DNA from: a virus
Lineage: Duplodnaviria; Caudoviricetes
DNA length: 64,000 bases
IMG/VR virus record: IMGVR_UViG_3300028128_000337
Location: 34,279 to 98,278 of that record
Direction: 5' to 3' (one strand)
The notes under the pieces were generated by a model that was given only the letters and a program-made list of their open reading frames with translations, did no database searches and had not been told where the DNA came from. The position numbers and the translations under genes are program-made. Positions 26,899 through 36,700 of this stretch are shown here, piece after piece. Every line of letters starts with the position of its first letter. Position 1 is the first letter of the stretch.

Positions 26899-27480
26899 AT
26901 GGCTATAATAAAACCGGTATATACTAACATTCCGCAGATAGGTGCTGTGGAGTACACTCTAGGAGGCAAAGTTCCAGTAGATGCAGACACGGTCACAGAC
27001 GTCGGAGCGCGCTTCACTAACAAAAAATCAAACACCACCATAACGGTGAAGAGTTTGTACACGTTAGAAGAAGGTGACACCATCAGAATGAAGTCCTCAA
27101 GTGGTACAAGTTATGTATTGACCGCCTCCGCCGATGGTACCACCAGTGAGGATACCACGGCCCCGAAATATGAAATTGGCGCCACCAAGGCAACCACCGC
27201 CTCGAACATGAAAGATGCAATTGCAGCATTGACAAACTTCACTGCCACAGTCAGTGACACTGTGGTGTATGTAACTCAATCAACTGCCGGTGAGGCTGGT
27301 AACACTCGAGTTTACAACTCCAACAAGGCTTGTATCAGTACTGCAAGCTTCAAGGGTGGGGGATACGCGTATGATGAACATGACGAAGCCACTGAGGCGT
27401 TAACGAAGGGTTATGCCAAGACTACTGCAGATGCCAAGATGTTAGAACACGCGCGCAAACGCAATCTTGGATTGATCTAA
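26899..27480 (+). CDS. Thr/Ala-rich late (probably virion) protein
   Basis: ATAAATA at 26887; TITV..GDTI..VTQSTAGEAGNT..FKGG module typical of virion proteins. Confidence 0.6.
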   Translation: MAIIKPVYTNIPQIGAVEYTLGGKVPVDADTVTDVGARFTNKKSNTTITVKSLYTLEEGDTIRMKSSSGTSYVLTASADGTTSEDTTAPKYEIGATKATTASNMKDAIAALTNFTATVSDTVVYVTQSTAGEAGNTRVYNSNKACISTASFKGGGYAYDEHDEATEALTKGYAKTTADAKMLEHARKRNLGLI

Positions 27481-27494
27481 CTTCGGATAAATTC

Positions 27495-27975
27495 AGACAC
27501 AAAAAACCCTCAAACTAGTGTCTCTCGATATAGGTATAGTGCTACCTACCGGCTAGAATTGATAATAAAGAACAATTGGATCATGTCGGTAATTTTCTCC
27601 GGATGATGTGGTACGCACACAATGCACCTATGAAACAACATAGATGCATTGAGTATGGTAATTATATCCGTATTGATATGTTTACGCAAAAGACGCACTC
27701 TTCGAGATATTAATTTTATGGAGAATCCTGACCTAGTAAACTCCGGTTACGAATAACCACTAATATATGCCGACATTTGTCGCAGTTCGGTGCAATGCAG
27801 ATCTTACTCTGCCGTTTTTCACCTGTCGTCTAACAGTTGTGTTTAATTTAGCTTTGTCCATTCTAGCAGTTCTCTCTGCCAAGTCGCAAACCATCATTGA
27901 GCCAACTACTACTCACGCTCGTGTACCGAAAACGCTGATGGGTATGCTGTAGCGTTGTTTCGCACTTGTGCACTA
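27495..27975 (-). ncRNA. Candidate large structured non-coding RNA (~480 nt)
   Basis: No sense ORF of 60 aa or more; at least 8 hairpins plus nested long-range helices; upstream TTGATT-N16-TATCAT on minus strand. Confidence 0.55.
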
Positions 27976-27980
27976 TATAT

Positions 27981-28008
27981 ATGATAGCGTATAAAAACTA
28001 GAAATCAA
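27981..28008 (-). promoter_or_regulatory. Sigma70-type promoter pointing into the non-coding interval
   Basis: TTGATT-N16-TATCAT; same TTGAWT -35 as the other promoters in the window. Confidence 0.55.
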
Positions 28009-28022
28009 GCATAAATATAAAT

Positions 28023-29126
28023 ATGAGGAGCAATCCATTTTATTTCGAGATAAAAGACGTGATGACACAGTTTGTTGCTGCGTTCAACAACATAATAATA
28101 AGCCGTCATGATAAATCTAAAAATGTAAGGTCTAAAGTACATGTTAGATATGTATATGCCCCTAAACAACGTGTGGTACATGACTTGACAAACAAAGCTC
28201 GACACTTAACCTTACCGGTGGTGGCTGTCAATATCACTGGAATCAATCGAGATTCTAGCCGTGTGTTCAACAAACTAGAAGGTGCATATTACACCGGTGA
28301 GGAACGACATAGGAGCTCACCCAAGTCTGACAAATCTAACAAAGCTGTACATATGCTACAACCAGTACCGATCAACATACAAGTCAGTATGAGCATGATG
28401 GCACGGTATCAAACAGATATAGAGCAGATTGTGAGCAATTTTGTACCGTATTGTGACCCTTATATTGTAATTTCATGGATGATGCCGGAAGGTTTCACAT
28501 ATTACGATCAAGAGATTCGAACAGAAGTAGAATGGTCTGGTGATATTAGCATGGATTATCCTGATACACTGACTGGTACAGATCCATATCGACTTAGTGC
28601 AGACACTACATTCACTATAAAAACATGGCTGTTCAAACAAGTGGAGACACCACAAGAGAATATATACAAAATTACAACCAACATATCACCGGTCGTCGAC
28701 CTCCCGGACATGTCACTAGTCTTACCGATGTATGATAATGTGACAGAGAGGTCATATGTTGAGGGTTTAGGACCACCGCTAACAGCAGCCCCGTATATCA
28801 CACATGTTGAAGATGATGGTCAGACTACCAACAAAGTGGTGCTTGGTTACAATCTGGGTGAAACAAGCAGTGTGTATCTGTCTTGTAACAACATCAACGC
28901 ATTGAGCGGTGAGCGTGTGCAGTTGTTTGACAAAACCGGTTTGAACACATTATATCCAGCTTTCACTGGTGTTAGTGTTGATTATGACATCACTAGTGAC
29001 AACACTATAGTAATTGATGATACAATTGTACCACCTGGTGTGATGTATGATATTGTGGTGGTGAGCGCTGGTGGTTATGATACAGCGGTAAACTCACCTC
29101 GACACAACCAAGATGTTATATCGTAA
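28023..29126 (+). CDS. 15: Tail terminator/sheath stabiliser, T4 gp15-like, with C-terminal Ig-like extension
   Basis: F...FNNI.I.R, V.Y.YAPK, LP.VA...I.RD..R, PVP.NI, D..QIV.N..PY. Confidence 0.8.
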   Translation: MRSNPFYFEIKDVMTQFVAAFNNIIISRHDKSKNVRSKVHVRYVYAPKQRVVHDLTNKARHLTLPVVAVNITGINRDSSRVFNKLEGAYYTGEERHRSSPKSDKSNKAVHMLQPVPINIQVSMSMMARYQTDIEQIVSNFVPYCDPYIVISWMMPEGFTYYDQEIRTEVEWSGDISMDYPDTLTGTDPYRLSADTTFTIKTWLFKQVETPQENIYKITTNISPVVDLPDMSLVLPMYDNVTERSYVEGLGPPLTAAPYITHVEDDGQTTNKVVLGYNLGETSSVYLSCNNINALSGERVQLFDKTGLNTLYPAFTGVSVDYDITSDNTIVIDDTIVPPGVMYDIVVVSAGGYDTAVNSPRHNQDVIS

Positions 29127-29170
29127 TAACATAGTTTTAAAAACATGTCGTGTCAATAAATATATAATAG

Positions 29171-29788
29171 ATGACTGACTGCAACAAAACAGTTACAATA
29201 GATGGTCTACCGACTCGTGATTCTGCGACTAGTGATGATTTCTTGATAGTACATAAATCTGGTCAAACGAGCAAAGTCCGGGTTAGTGATTTTGTGTTGG
29301 GTGCTGATAATGTAGATTTTTATCCAGATCTAGCTGCCATGCTAGACAGAATAACACAACTTGAAACCATAATACAAACGAGTAGTGGTAATTGGAACTC
29401 CACACACACAACAACGTCCAGTAACAGCGGGCAGTGGAGCACTCTCACAACAGAGGATCAACAGACCATAAAAAATACACTCGAACAGAATGTAACAAAA
29501 TGGACAGACACAGCAAATACCGTCGATACATACAAGACTGTATGGAACAATACACATGAAATTGTTATGAGCAGTGTGGATGATTGGAACAGTGCACACA
29601 ACACCATACAGATAAATAGCGAGAATTGGAACCAGGCGTATCAATCAACACAAGATGGAATGGCTGCTATTCATGAAGCATTGGAAACTATTGAAACATC
29701 CCCGTGGTTTGAGCTGTACGCTGGTAGCAACTCACTGGCATACTCTGTATACACAACCGTGAACACAAACAGCGCTAACTGGAGCTGA
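29171..29788 (+). CDS. Virion/fibre-associated protein with Trp-periodic repeats
   Basis: TIDGLP...DDFLIV N-terminal anchor motif; SGNWNS/SGQW/SENW repeats; late promoter. Confidence 0.6.
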   Translation: MTDCNKTVTIDGLPTRDSATSDDFLIVHKSGQTSKVRVSDFVLGADNVDFYPDLAAMLDRITQLETIIQTSSGNWNSTHTTTSSNSGQWSTLTTEDQQTIKNTLEQNVTKWTDTANTVDTYKTVWNNTHEIVMSSVDDWNSAHNTIQINSENWNQAYQSTQDGMAAIHEALETIETSPWFELYAGSNSLAYSVYTTVNTNSANWS

Positions 29789-29791
29789 TAT

Positions 29792-32700
29792 ATGGATAAT
29801 ATAAATATTTCTGAATCCGGGTCGACTTGGACACCTCTCAAGATAGTACATCAATATGATGATCGTGTAAAATTTGATCACATCAACATAAAATCTAGCG
29901 ATGGTATGTCTCTAATAACCAGTTTACCACAACAACGAACCTCACACAATATATTAACGAGCATGTCAAACATATCACTGACCGACATGACAAGACTAGA
30001 CACTTTGATAAAATTTGACATGGAGTTCGACAAATACCCAGAACAATTCACATCAAGCTTGTTATTTGGAGGGTATCCGTATGATAACACCAGCTCAGCA
30101 TACTTGAAAGTTGTTGAGGAGGTGTATGATGCTGAAGCGAGAGATTGGGTGATAGGTGAGAAACTAACGACTAGACTCAATTCAGAGGGAGAGTTGGTAC
30201 GAGATGGTAATGGTGATGTAGAGAAAACTCTGACTAAATCATGGAGATACTCACAGGATACACGTGAGAGTGATATATATTATCTGATAACATTACATGA
30301 CGAATATACATGTAGTATTGAGCATGATGATAATCTATCGACAGTATTTTTGACTGTCACAGGAGATCCTGGAGAAGGTAGTGTGGATTATAGATTTGTA
30401 AAATCTGAGCTCAATCAACCTACAGATGATCAAAAGTTTGGATATATGATCAATCGACAAACTGGCTACATGATATTGTACAAGAACTTTGATGGTAACG
30501 TATATTACTTGACTTCTGACACAACTAATCACACTCTCACAGCCATGCCAACAAGTGGTGATAATGTTGATTATACAGACTATCCACCATCTGGAGTGAT
30601 CCGGACGGTACCATATAACAAGCAGGTAGAAGAGTTGGAGTTGTCAAACAATTGGGTTAGTTATCAGACGACTGGAGATGAGAACAACATGGAGGTAAAT
30701 ATAACGAAGAGTTATAGGAATGTGTACAATAACTACTTAATGGACTCACAATTGACGGACATTGAGGGTGATCAAATGAGAGTAAATTTCATGCAACTGA
30801 AAAATCAAATATCATCACACGGTAACATGAATCGTGGCAACCCGTTCCCAAATTTAAGAGATGTTGATCATAGAGAGTATAATAAAATATTTAAATCCAA
30901 ATTGAGAGACGATGACCCAGAGCTATTTTTAGGTTATGATTCATATGAAACTGAAGTCATAGCCAAACCCGGAGAGATAACATACTTCAACACACCACAG
31001 GACATGTACCCGTATGAGAAGATAAATATAAATGATGCTGGATTAGTCGATGCAGGCGCCATCGGTGGAGATACCCCACTTGTTGCTGATAAAATATTCA
31101 AGCGAGCCGCAGATTACAAGTACAACACACCATATGGTGCTCCTAGTGATGAAGAGACGGGAATATGGCTATGTACATGGTTGAAGTCCAATGTAGGTGT
31201 TGTTTGGGATCGACACACATTGTATCGTAAGGATATACTCGTTGAACATAATAATATTGTGTATAGAGCGTTAATCACAACTAGAGGTGATAGACCAGAT
31301 GTTAATGCTAGAATATGGGAATCAACCGATTTTCCACCATATATATGGGTTGATCGGTACTACAACCCGGACCACTTCACCTCACTAGAAGCATTGAGCC
31401 TCTCCGGGCAGTATTACACTTATAGTGATAAGTTTAGTTATGTTGTTAATAGTCTAGAAGCGCAAGACAAATATATATTTGACAAACAGAGTGACATAAC
31501 GCTAGAACCTGGTTGTCTGTATGCGTATCATAGAGCTGGTGGAATCGATGACAAAACAACACTGGATACTGTCAAAGATGTGCTTGTGCATCAAGGACTT
31601 GAGCCTGCATATACTCAAGATAGAGGTTCATACGTCAATATTGATAGTGACTTGAAGTTCACTGGTGAACAATACATTGAGGCTGGTAGTAGTGACAACA
31701 CAAAAAGGAGCGATTTCACTATAAGTTTCGACCTGGCTAGTGATGACTGGTCTAAAGTGTTAGGTAATCAAATTGTAGGTAATTATATTAACGAGGGTGT
31801 AGGTTTTTTTAACAAACAAAACATAACACCATACATAGTGATACCAGACTCCACTGGAGTGGGTGTGTACAATACCGATTTTGTGAGACTCAATCATATA
31901 ACAATACCGGATGTTGTGAGTGTAGTGAAACATGCCGGGAATGAGAATATGACAATTGTGACTCTAACTGGAGATGCGTACATGTATGATATGAAAGGTA
32001 TGTTGGTAGAACAGACAAACATGACTGATTTTGAGAGTTTATATGGCGTATCAGTCACTACCCAACTACCGGAACGGTATGATGTATCTTCCGCTGGTAT
32101 CAACATGGGGGATCGGTTTATTGTTGATCAAAATGATAGCGTGTACAAATATGATATTAGAGACGAATCGATCAATCAGCGCAATGTTGTGTTTCCTGAT
32201 CATGTGATTGGTAAGATAAGTCAGGGAACAAACCCGGATGTGTTGCCAGACCCAGCGGGAGGTGATTTTCCAGACATGCCGCAATCAGATAAAACGTATG
32301 TTTGCCCTAATAGGGGATATCAATTTAGAATAAACTGTGATGATTATACGATTGATAGCAACAGTAATGTATGGTATATCAAGGGCCCGGACGTGTATAA
32401 ATATACACTGAGTGACAGAGGAGGAGTGCAGGCTGTTTGGAACGGTTTTATCAACGATAGTCCGGTGTATTTGCGTGCGGAGAACAGATTTTATGGTAGT
32501 GTTGGTAACATAATAGGGTTTTATAAAAGTGGTGAAGTGGAGCCAGATGGTGTAAAAACCTTGTTTACGATCATAAATGAATGGAACGATACATACCCAA
32601 CCAACACAGTTGAGATCGTGCAAGGGGATCCAGATCTAGTACCAGGTCCAGATGATATAATACAACTAGCCGGTGGGGTCGATCAAGGAGAACCTATAAC

Positions 32701-33769
32701 ATACAATGCGTTCAAACTAGATAAGAGTTACTCACACTTCAACTCAATAAAATGTGATTATTACAACAACATATATCTATTGCACGATGAGAAAATCGTA
32801 ACTAAAACAGACGAGTTACGGAATGTAATCTCAACCAACCCGATATCAGGCTATGCCCCGGAACTACAGGATGAGATTTTTGATGACTGTTACTTAGATA
32901 TATGTACGGAATTCAATCAAAATGGGTATGACAACTATATAATCATATTGCTCAAACCAAGATCAGATACATCCAACACATATATCTTAAAATTAAATGA
33001 CGACCTATCATTCAGGTCATTAGATATTAAAAACATGCCGGAATTGACAAATGTATCATTCAAAAAATTACACAACATAACAAATTATGAAACAAATAAG
33101 GATTTGTATAGATCTACTATCCTTGACAATTACATAACATTTCAAATGAGGTATCAAAATTATTTTGATACAGACAAGACCGAGCTCGTGCAATTGAAAT
33201 TCAATCTAGAAGAATTATCACCTGGGTATCACCATTTTGCAGTTTCATTTGATTCAAAATCTAGTAGCATAGGACTGTTTGTGGATGGTCTGTTGCGTGA
33301 CACCGCTACGAGTGATGACAGGTATTCTGGTGCCGCGTACGCGTTCAGCCGGACGATACAAGCACCAGTGCTTGCCGGTTCAACCCCACACTTTAACAAC
33401 ATATTACTGAGTGAGCACCTACAAAAAACAAACAATTATTTTGTTGACAACTGTAGAATCAACAACTTAGCTGTGTACAATGAATGCTTGAACTTTTATA
33501 AAATAAGAGTGTTAGCTAGAAAGAGCAAGACCATACAACCGATCAACATTACACTACCGGCTGGTCGACGGAACTTTATTGACCATGCTACTAAATTTTT
33601 CAAACATCAACCACCTGGTGCTCGTACAGCGGACTTCAATGTGAACATAACCTCAACTACGTTGACTGCATCCGAATTACAGCAAGAAATAACCCAACAA
33701 CTAAGAGAAGAATTACAGGAGATCCTGCCTGCTAACAGTCATGTTAATCGGATCAATTGGCTGTCATGA
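29792..33769 (+). CDS. Large virion structural protein (LamG-like and CBM5/12-like segments)
   Basis: 1325 aa; FTISF / HHFAVSFD..LFVDG..YN..L LamG-like strands; WDRHTLYRKDILVEHNNIVYRAL CBM-like segment. Confidence 0.6.
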   Translation: MDNINISESGSTWTPLKIVHQYDDRVKFDHINIKSSDGMSLITSLPQQRTSHNILTSMSNISLTDMTRLDTLIKFDMEFDKYPEQFTSSLLFGGYPYDNTSSAYLKVVEEVYDAEARDWVIGEKLTTRLNSEGELVRDGNGDVEKTLTKSWRYSQDTRESDIYYLITLHDEYTCSIEHDDNLSTVFLTVTGDPGEGSVDYRFVKSELNQPTDDQKFGYMINRQTGYMILYKNFDGNVYYLTSDTTNHTLTAMPTSGDNVDYTDYPPSGVIRTVPYNKQVEELELSNNWVSYQTTGDENNMEVNITKSYRNVYNNYLMDSQLTDIEGDQMRVNFMQLKNQISSHGNMNRGNPFPNLRDVDHREYNKIFKSKLRDDDPELFLGYDSYETEVIAKPGEITYFNTPQDMYPYEKININDAGLVDAGAIGGDTPLVADKIFKRAADYKYNTPYGAPSDEETGIWLCTWLKSNVGVVWDRHTLYRKDILVEHNNIVYRALITTRGDRPDVNARIWESTDFPPYIWVDRYYNPDHFTSLEALSLSGQYYTYSDKFSYVVNSLEAQDKYIFDKQSDITLEPGCLYAYHRAGGIDDKTTLDTVKDVLVHQGLEPAYTQDRGSYVNIDSDLKFTGEQYIEAGSSDNTKRSDFTISFDLASDDWSKVLGNQIVGNYINEGVGFFNKQNITPYIVIPDSTGVGVYNTDFVRLNHITIPDVVSVVKHAGNENMTIVTLTGDAYMYDMKGMLVEQTNMTDFESLYGVSVTTQLPERYDVSSAGINMGDRFIVDQNDSVYKYDIRDESINQRNVVFPDHVIGKISQGTNPDVLPDPAGGDFPDMPQSDKTYVCPNRGYQFRINCDDYTIDSNSNVWYIKGPDVYKYTLSDRGGVQAVWNGFINDSPVYLRAENRFYGSVGNIIGFYKSGEVEPDGVKTLFTIINEWNDTYPTNTVEIVQGDPDLVPGPDDIIQLAGGVDQGEPITYNAFKLDKSYSHFNSIKCDYYNNIYLLHDEKIVTKTDELRNVISTNPISGYAPELQDEIFDDCYLDICTEFNQNGYDNYIIILLKPRSDTSNTYILKLNDDLSFRSLDIKNMPELTNVSFKKLHNITNYETNKDLYRSTILDNYITFQMRYQNYFDTDKTELVQLKFNLEELSPGYHHFAVSFDSKSSSIGLFVDGLLRDTATSDDRYSGAAYAFSRTIQAPVLAGSTPHFNNILLSEHLQKTNNYFVDNCRINNLAVYNECLNFYKIRVLARKSKTIQPINITLPAGRRNFIDHATKFFKHQPPGARTADFNVNITSTTLTASELQQEITQQLREELQEILPANSHVNRINWLS

Positions 33770-36700
33770 GCAATCAAGTCACGAGTATTGGATCATTCAC
33801 ACCAGAGCTTGCGTCTGAAATAACTCAATACAATGTGTTGAGAGACCGTCTACCGGGTGATGTGCTGGAATTACCATATAAATGGAACACAGTGAAGATT
33901 GGTTACAATGATTTTGTGGTCGCAGATACTATCAACTATTCCATGGAAAAGTTGTATGAGAACTGGTTGTATATAATATCACAATCGTTGATGCCATCAA
34001 ATGACCTACCAGACAACACATATCGGACACACATGATAATCGATAAAGGCTCCGGTGTAGAGTGGGTGTCGCAGAAGTCATACGATCAATCTAATGATAG
34101 TGAGATAACCAGTGTAAAGCATATTCTCAAAATACAAAATAAACTGAACGCAAACCATTATAATATGGTGCTAGCAACAACAACCAATCTGATAATGCTC
34201 AGTGGTGATGGTGTGTCGAGTGTGGATGTGTTAATCAATCCAGATAACCCGTACCTCAGTAAACGTAAATCAAACAGCAGCGTCACGCACCCGTCCAATG
34301 GTATTCTTTTCCGAGATATCAGCAGGGTGATTGTGAATGATAATCAAGATATGTTTGTACTAGACGCACACCACAAGATGATATTCAAATTCGATATCTC
34401 TGGAGCGTTAGCGTTAGATGAAGCTATTCTCAAGAATGACACCCCTGGGCGGTTGTTAACAGGCACAGTTGGTGGTAATGGAGAATTGGATCATAAAGTC
34501 AAGTTTATCAACCCTGTGGCAATGACGAGTATTGGTAATCGGTTGTTTGTGTTGGATTATAACACAGAAACACGCGAGAGTGTAATCAAGGAATTCGATT
34601 CATTTTTAAACTGGAAGCAATCGTACCCGTTAGGTGATGTGTTACCATCTGATCCGTTAGATATGATATATGATAATAACTTGAATATGTTCTATATCAT
34701 GTGTCACAACAGATCATCCAACCTGTCAACGCAAAATGATTACCTGGAGCTACCCATATTGGTTAGAGTTGATGCCTCCGGTACATATTTAGACCAAACA
34801 CCTATGGCTGACCCAATATTGAACGAGCAAATGATCCGGGATGATATTTTCAAGCGAATATACATGAGTGTTGAGAATGTAAACGTGATGTATGTTGTGA
34901 CGGATAAAACTGTATATAAGAAATATATATCACGTGCGGATAGATATATTGGTAGCTTCAAGCTAACAGATAAGGAGATCGGACCAATCGAGACCTCGCG
35001 AGAGATTGAAGATATAACCATATTTGAATCATATGTGACTAACAACACACAAACATTACAGAAGGATGAAATACTAATGGTTGAATCGACACGGGCAGGT
35101 GTATATAGGTTTCTGGAGGACAGTAAATATCAACAAACAATAGCTGATGGATTCGAATCAAAAATATTGTATTATGATGACATAAAGATAAATCGTCTTG
35201 AGAGTGTTGATGTGGTTGTTTACAACAAAATGTTTTATAAACTACTACATAACAACTTAATGTTATTAGAAAATTTATCTAGACGTTTCACTACATATTA
35301 TGATCAGAATGGATTCTCTATATATATTGGGTTCAAATACATGAACGAATTTGAACTTGAATCACTAACACATGAAATAACACCAGACATGTATGTGTCA
35401 AGTAACGAGTTGGTTTTAGCTGATACGGTCAACAGATGCTTACGTATACAATATGAATTACAAGACAAAATACTAGAGTTATTACAGGAAAGATCTATCA
35501 ATGTGTTTCCTATAATTGATAAACCTGTGGTGTTTGAGTCTGCACTGGACACAGATCAAGATGGTACGGATGACATGTATGATGTTGATGATGATAATGA
35601 TCAGTTGATTGATACTGATGAAATCACTGCAGGTACAGACCCGCTGGACAGTGACACTGATGATGACGGTCTGCTTGATGGTCAGGAAGTGCATGGTGTT
35701 GATGTGGGTGATGGTGTTATATTCACGTCCGACCCGCTTGACGTAGATACGGATGATGATATGCTTACTGATACACAGGAAATAACCGGCACCGGTAAGT
35801 ACTACACCAAATCAGACCCTAGACAAATTGATACTGATTCTGACGGATTGACGGATTATGAAGAATCTATAACACATGAGAGTGATCCAATGCGTGTTGA
35901 TACAGATGGAGATCAACTTAATGATGGTGCAGAGATACAACATGGTGCGAATCCTAGAAATGTTGACACTGATCAGGATGGTATACTGGATGGAGACGAG
36001 GTGAACATATATGGAACAGATCCAGTCAATCTAGATACTGATGGTGACACTGTTACAGACTATGAAGAAATATTCACATATGGTACATCTGCTACTGATA
36101 TTGATACAGATGACGACAATGTACCTGATAACATTGAGATATCAACCATCGCGTTCAGCGGTGTGTCATCACTCTCCGCTGACTCAGGATATCCACCACT
36201 AGCACTAAGTGCATTGTACTCTGACCCACTAAATAGCGACACAGATGGTGATGGTTACATTGACAGCGCGGACCGGGCTCCAGGTGATCCACGAAAGGCA
36301 ACTGGTGATAATTTTGATCACGATGATGATGGTATTCCGGATTCTGCGGATGCAGATCATACGTCGAATGCAAGTGAACTGGATTATGATCAGGATAATA
36401 TAATAGATAAATTCGACCCAGATGATGACAACGACACCACACCGGATGAAGTTGATAGTCAACTGGGTGACGGTCAATCCGGACAGCATATTGATTACAA
36501 CCCGGGTGATTCTAGCTCGATGAACCAACCCATGCCGGATGAACCAGATGAGTTTGACGATCAATTCGATCCGGATATTGATGGTGATGGTGTGTTGAAT
36601 GAACAAGACCCAGACTTCACGAATCAACCAGACACTGATGGAGATGGTGTGATTGATGTGTATGATAAAGATGATGATAATGATGGGTTGAGTGATATAC

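Noticed and set aside
27767-27952. 61-aa + strand ORF in the non-coding gap
   Set aside because: No promoter or recognisable motif; the promoter and most G-U-compatible helices point to the minus strand
27495-27975. tmRNA, RNase P RNA or tRNA identity for the structured gap
   Set aside because: No tRNA-like acceptor/T-arm ends, no GAGGAAAGUCC-type RNase P core, no cloverleaf found by eye
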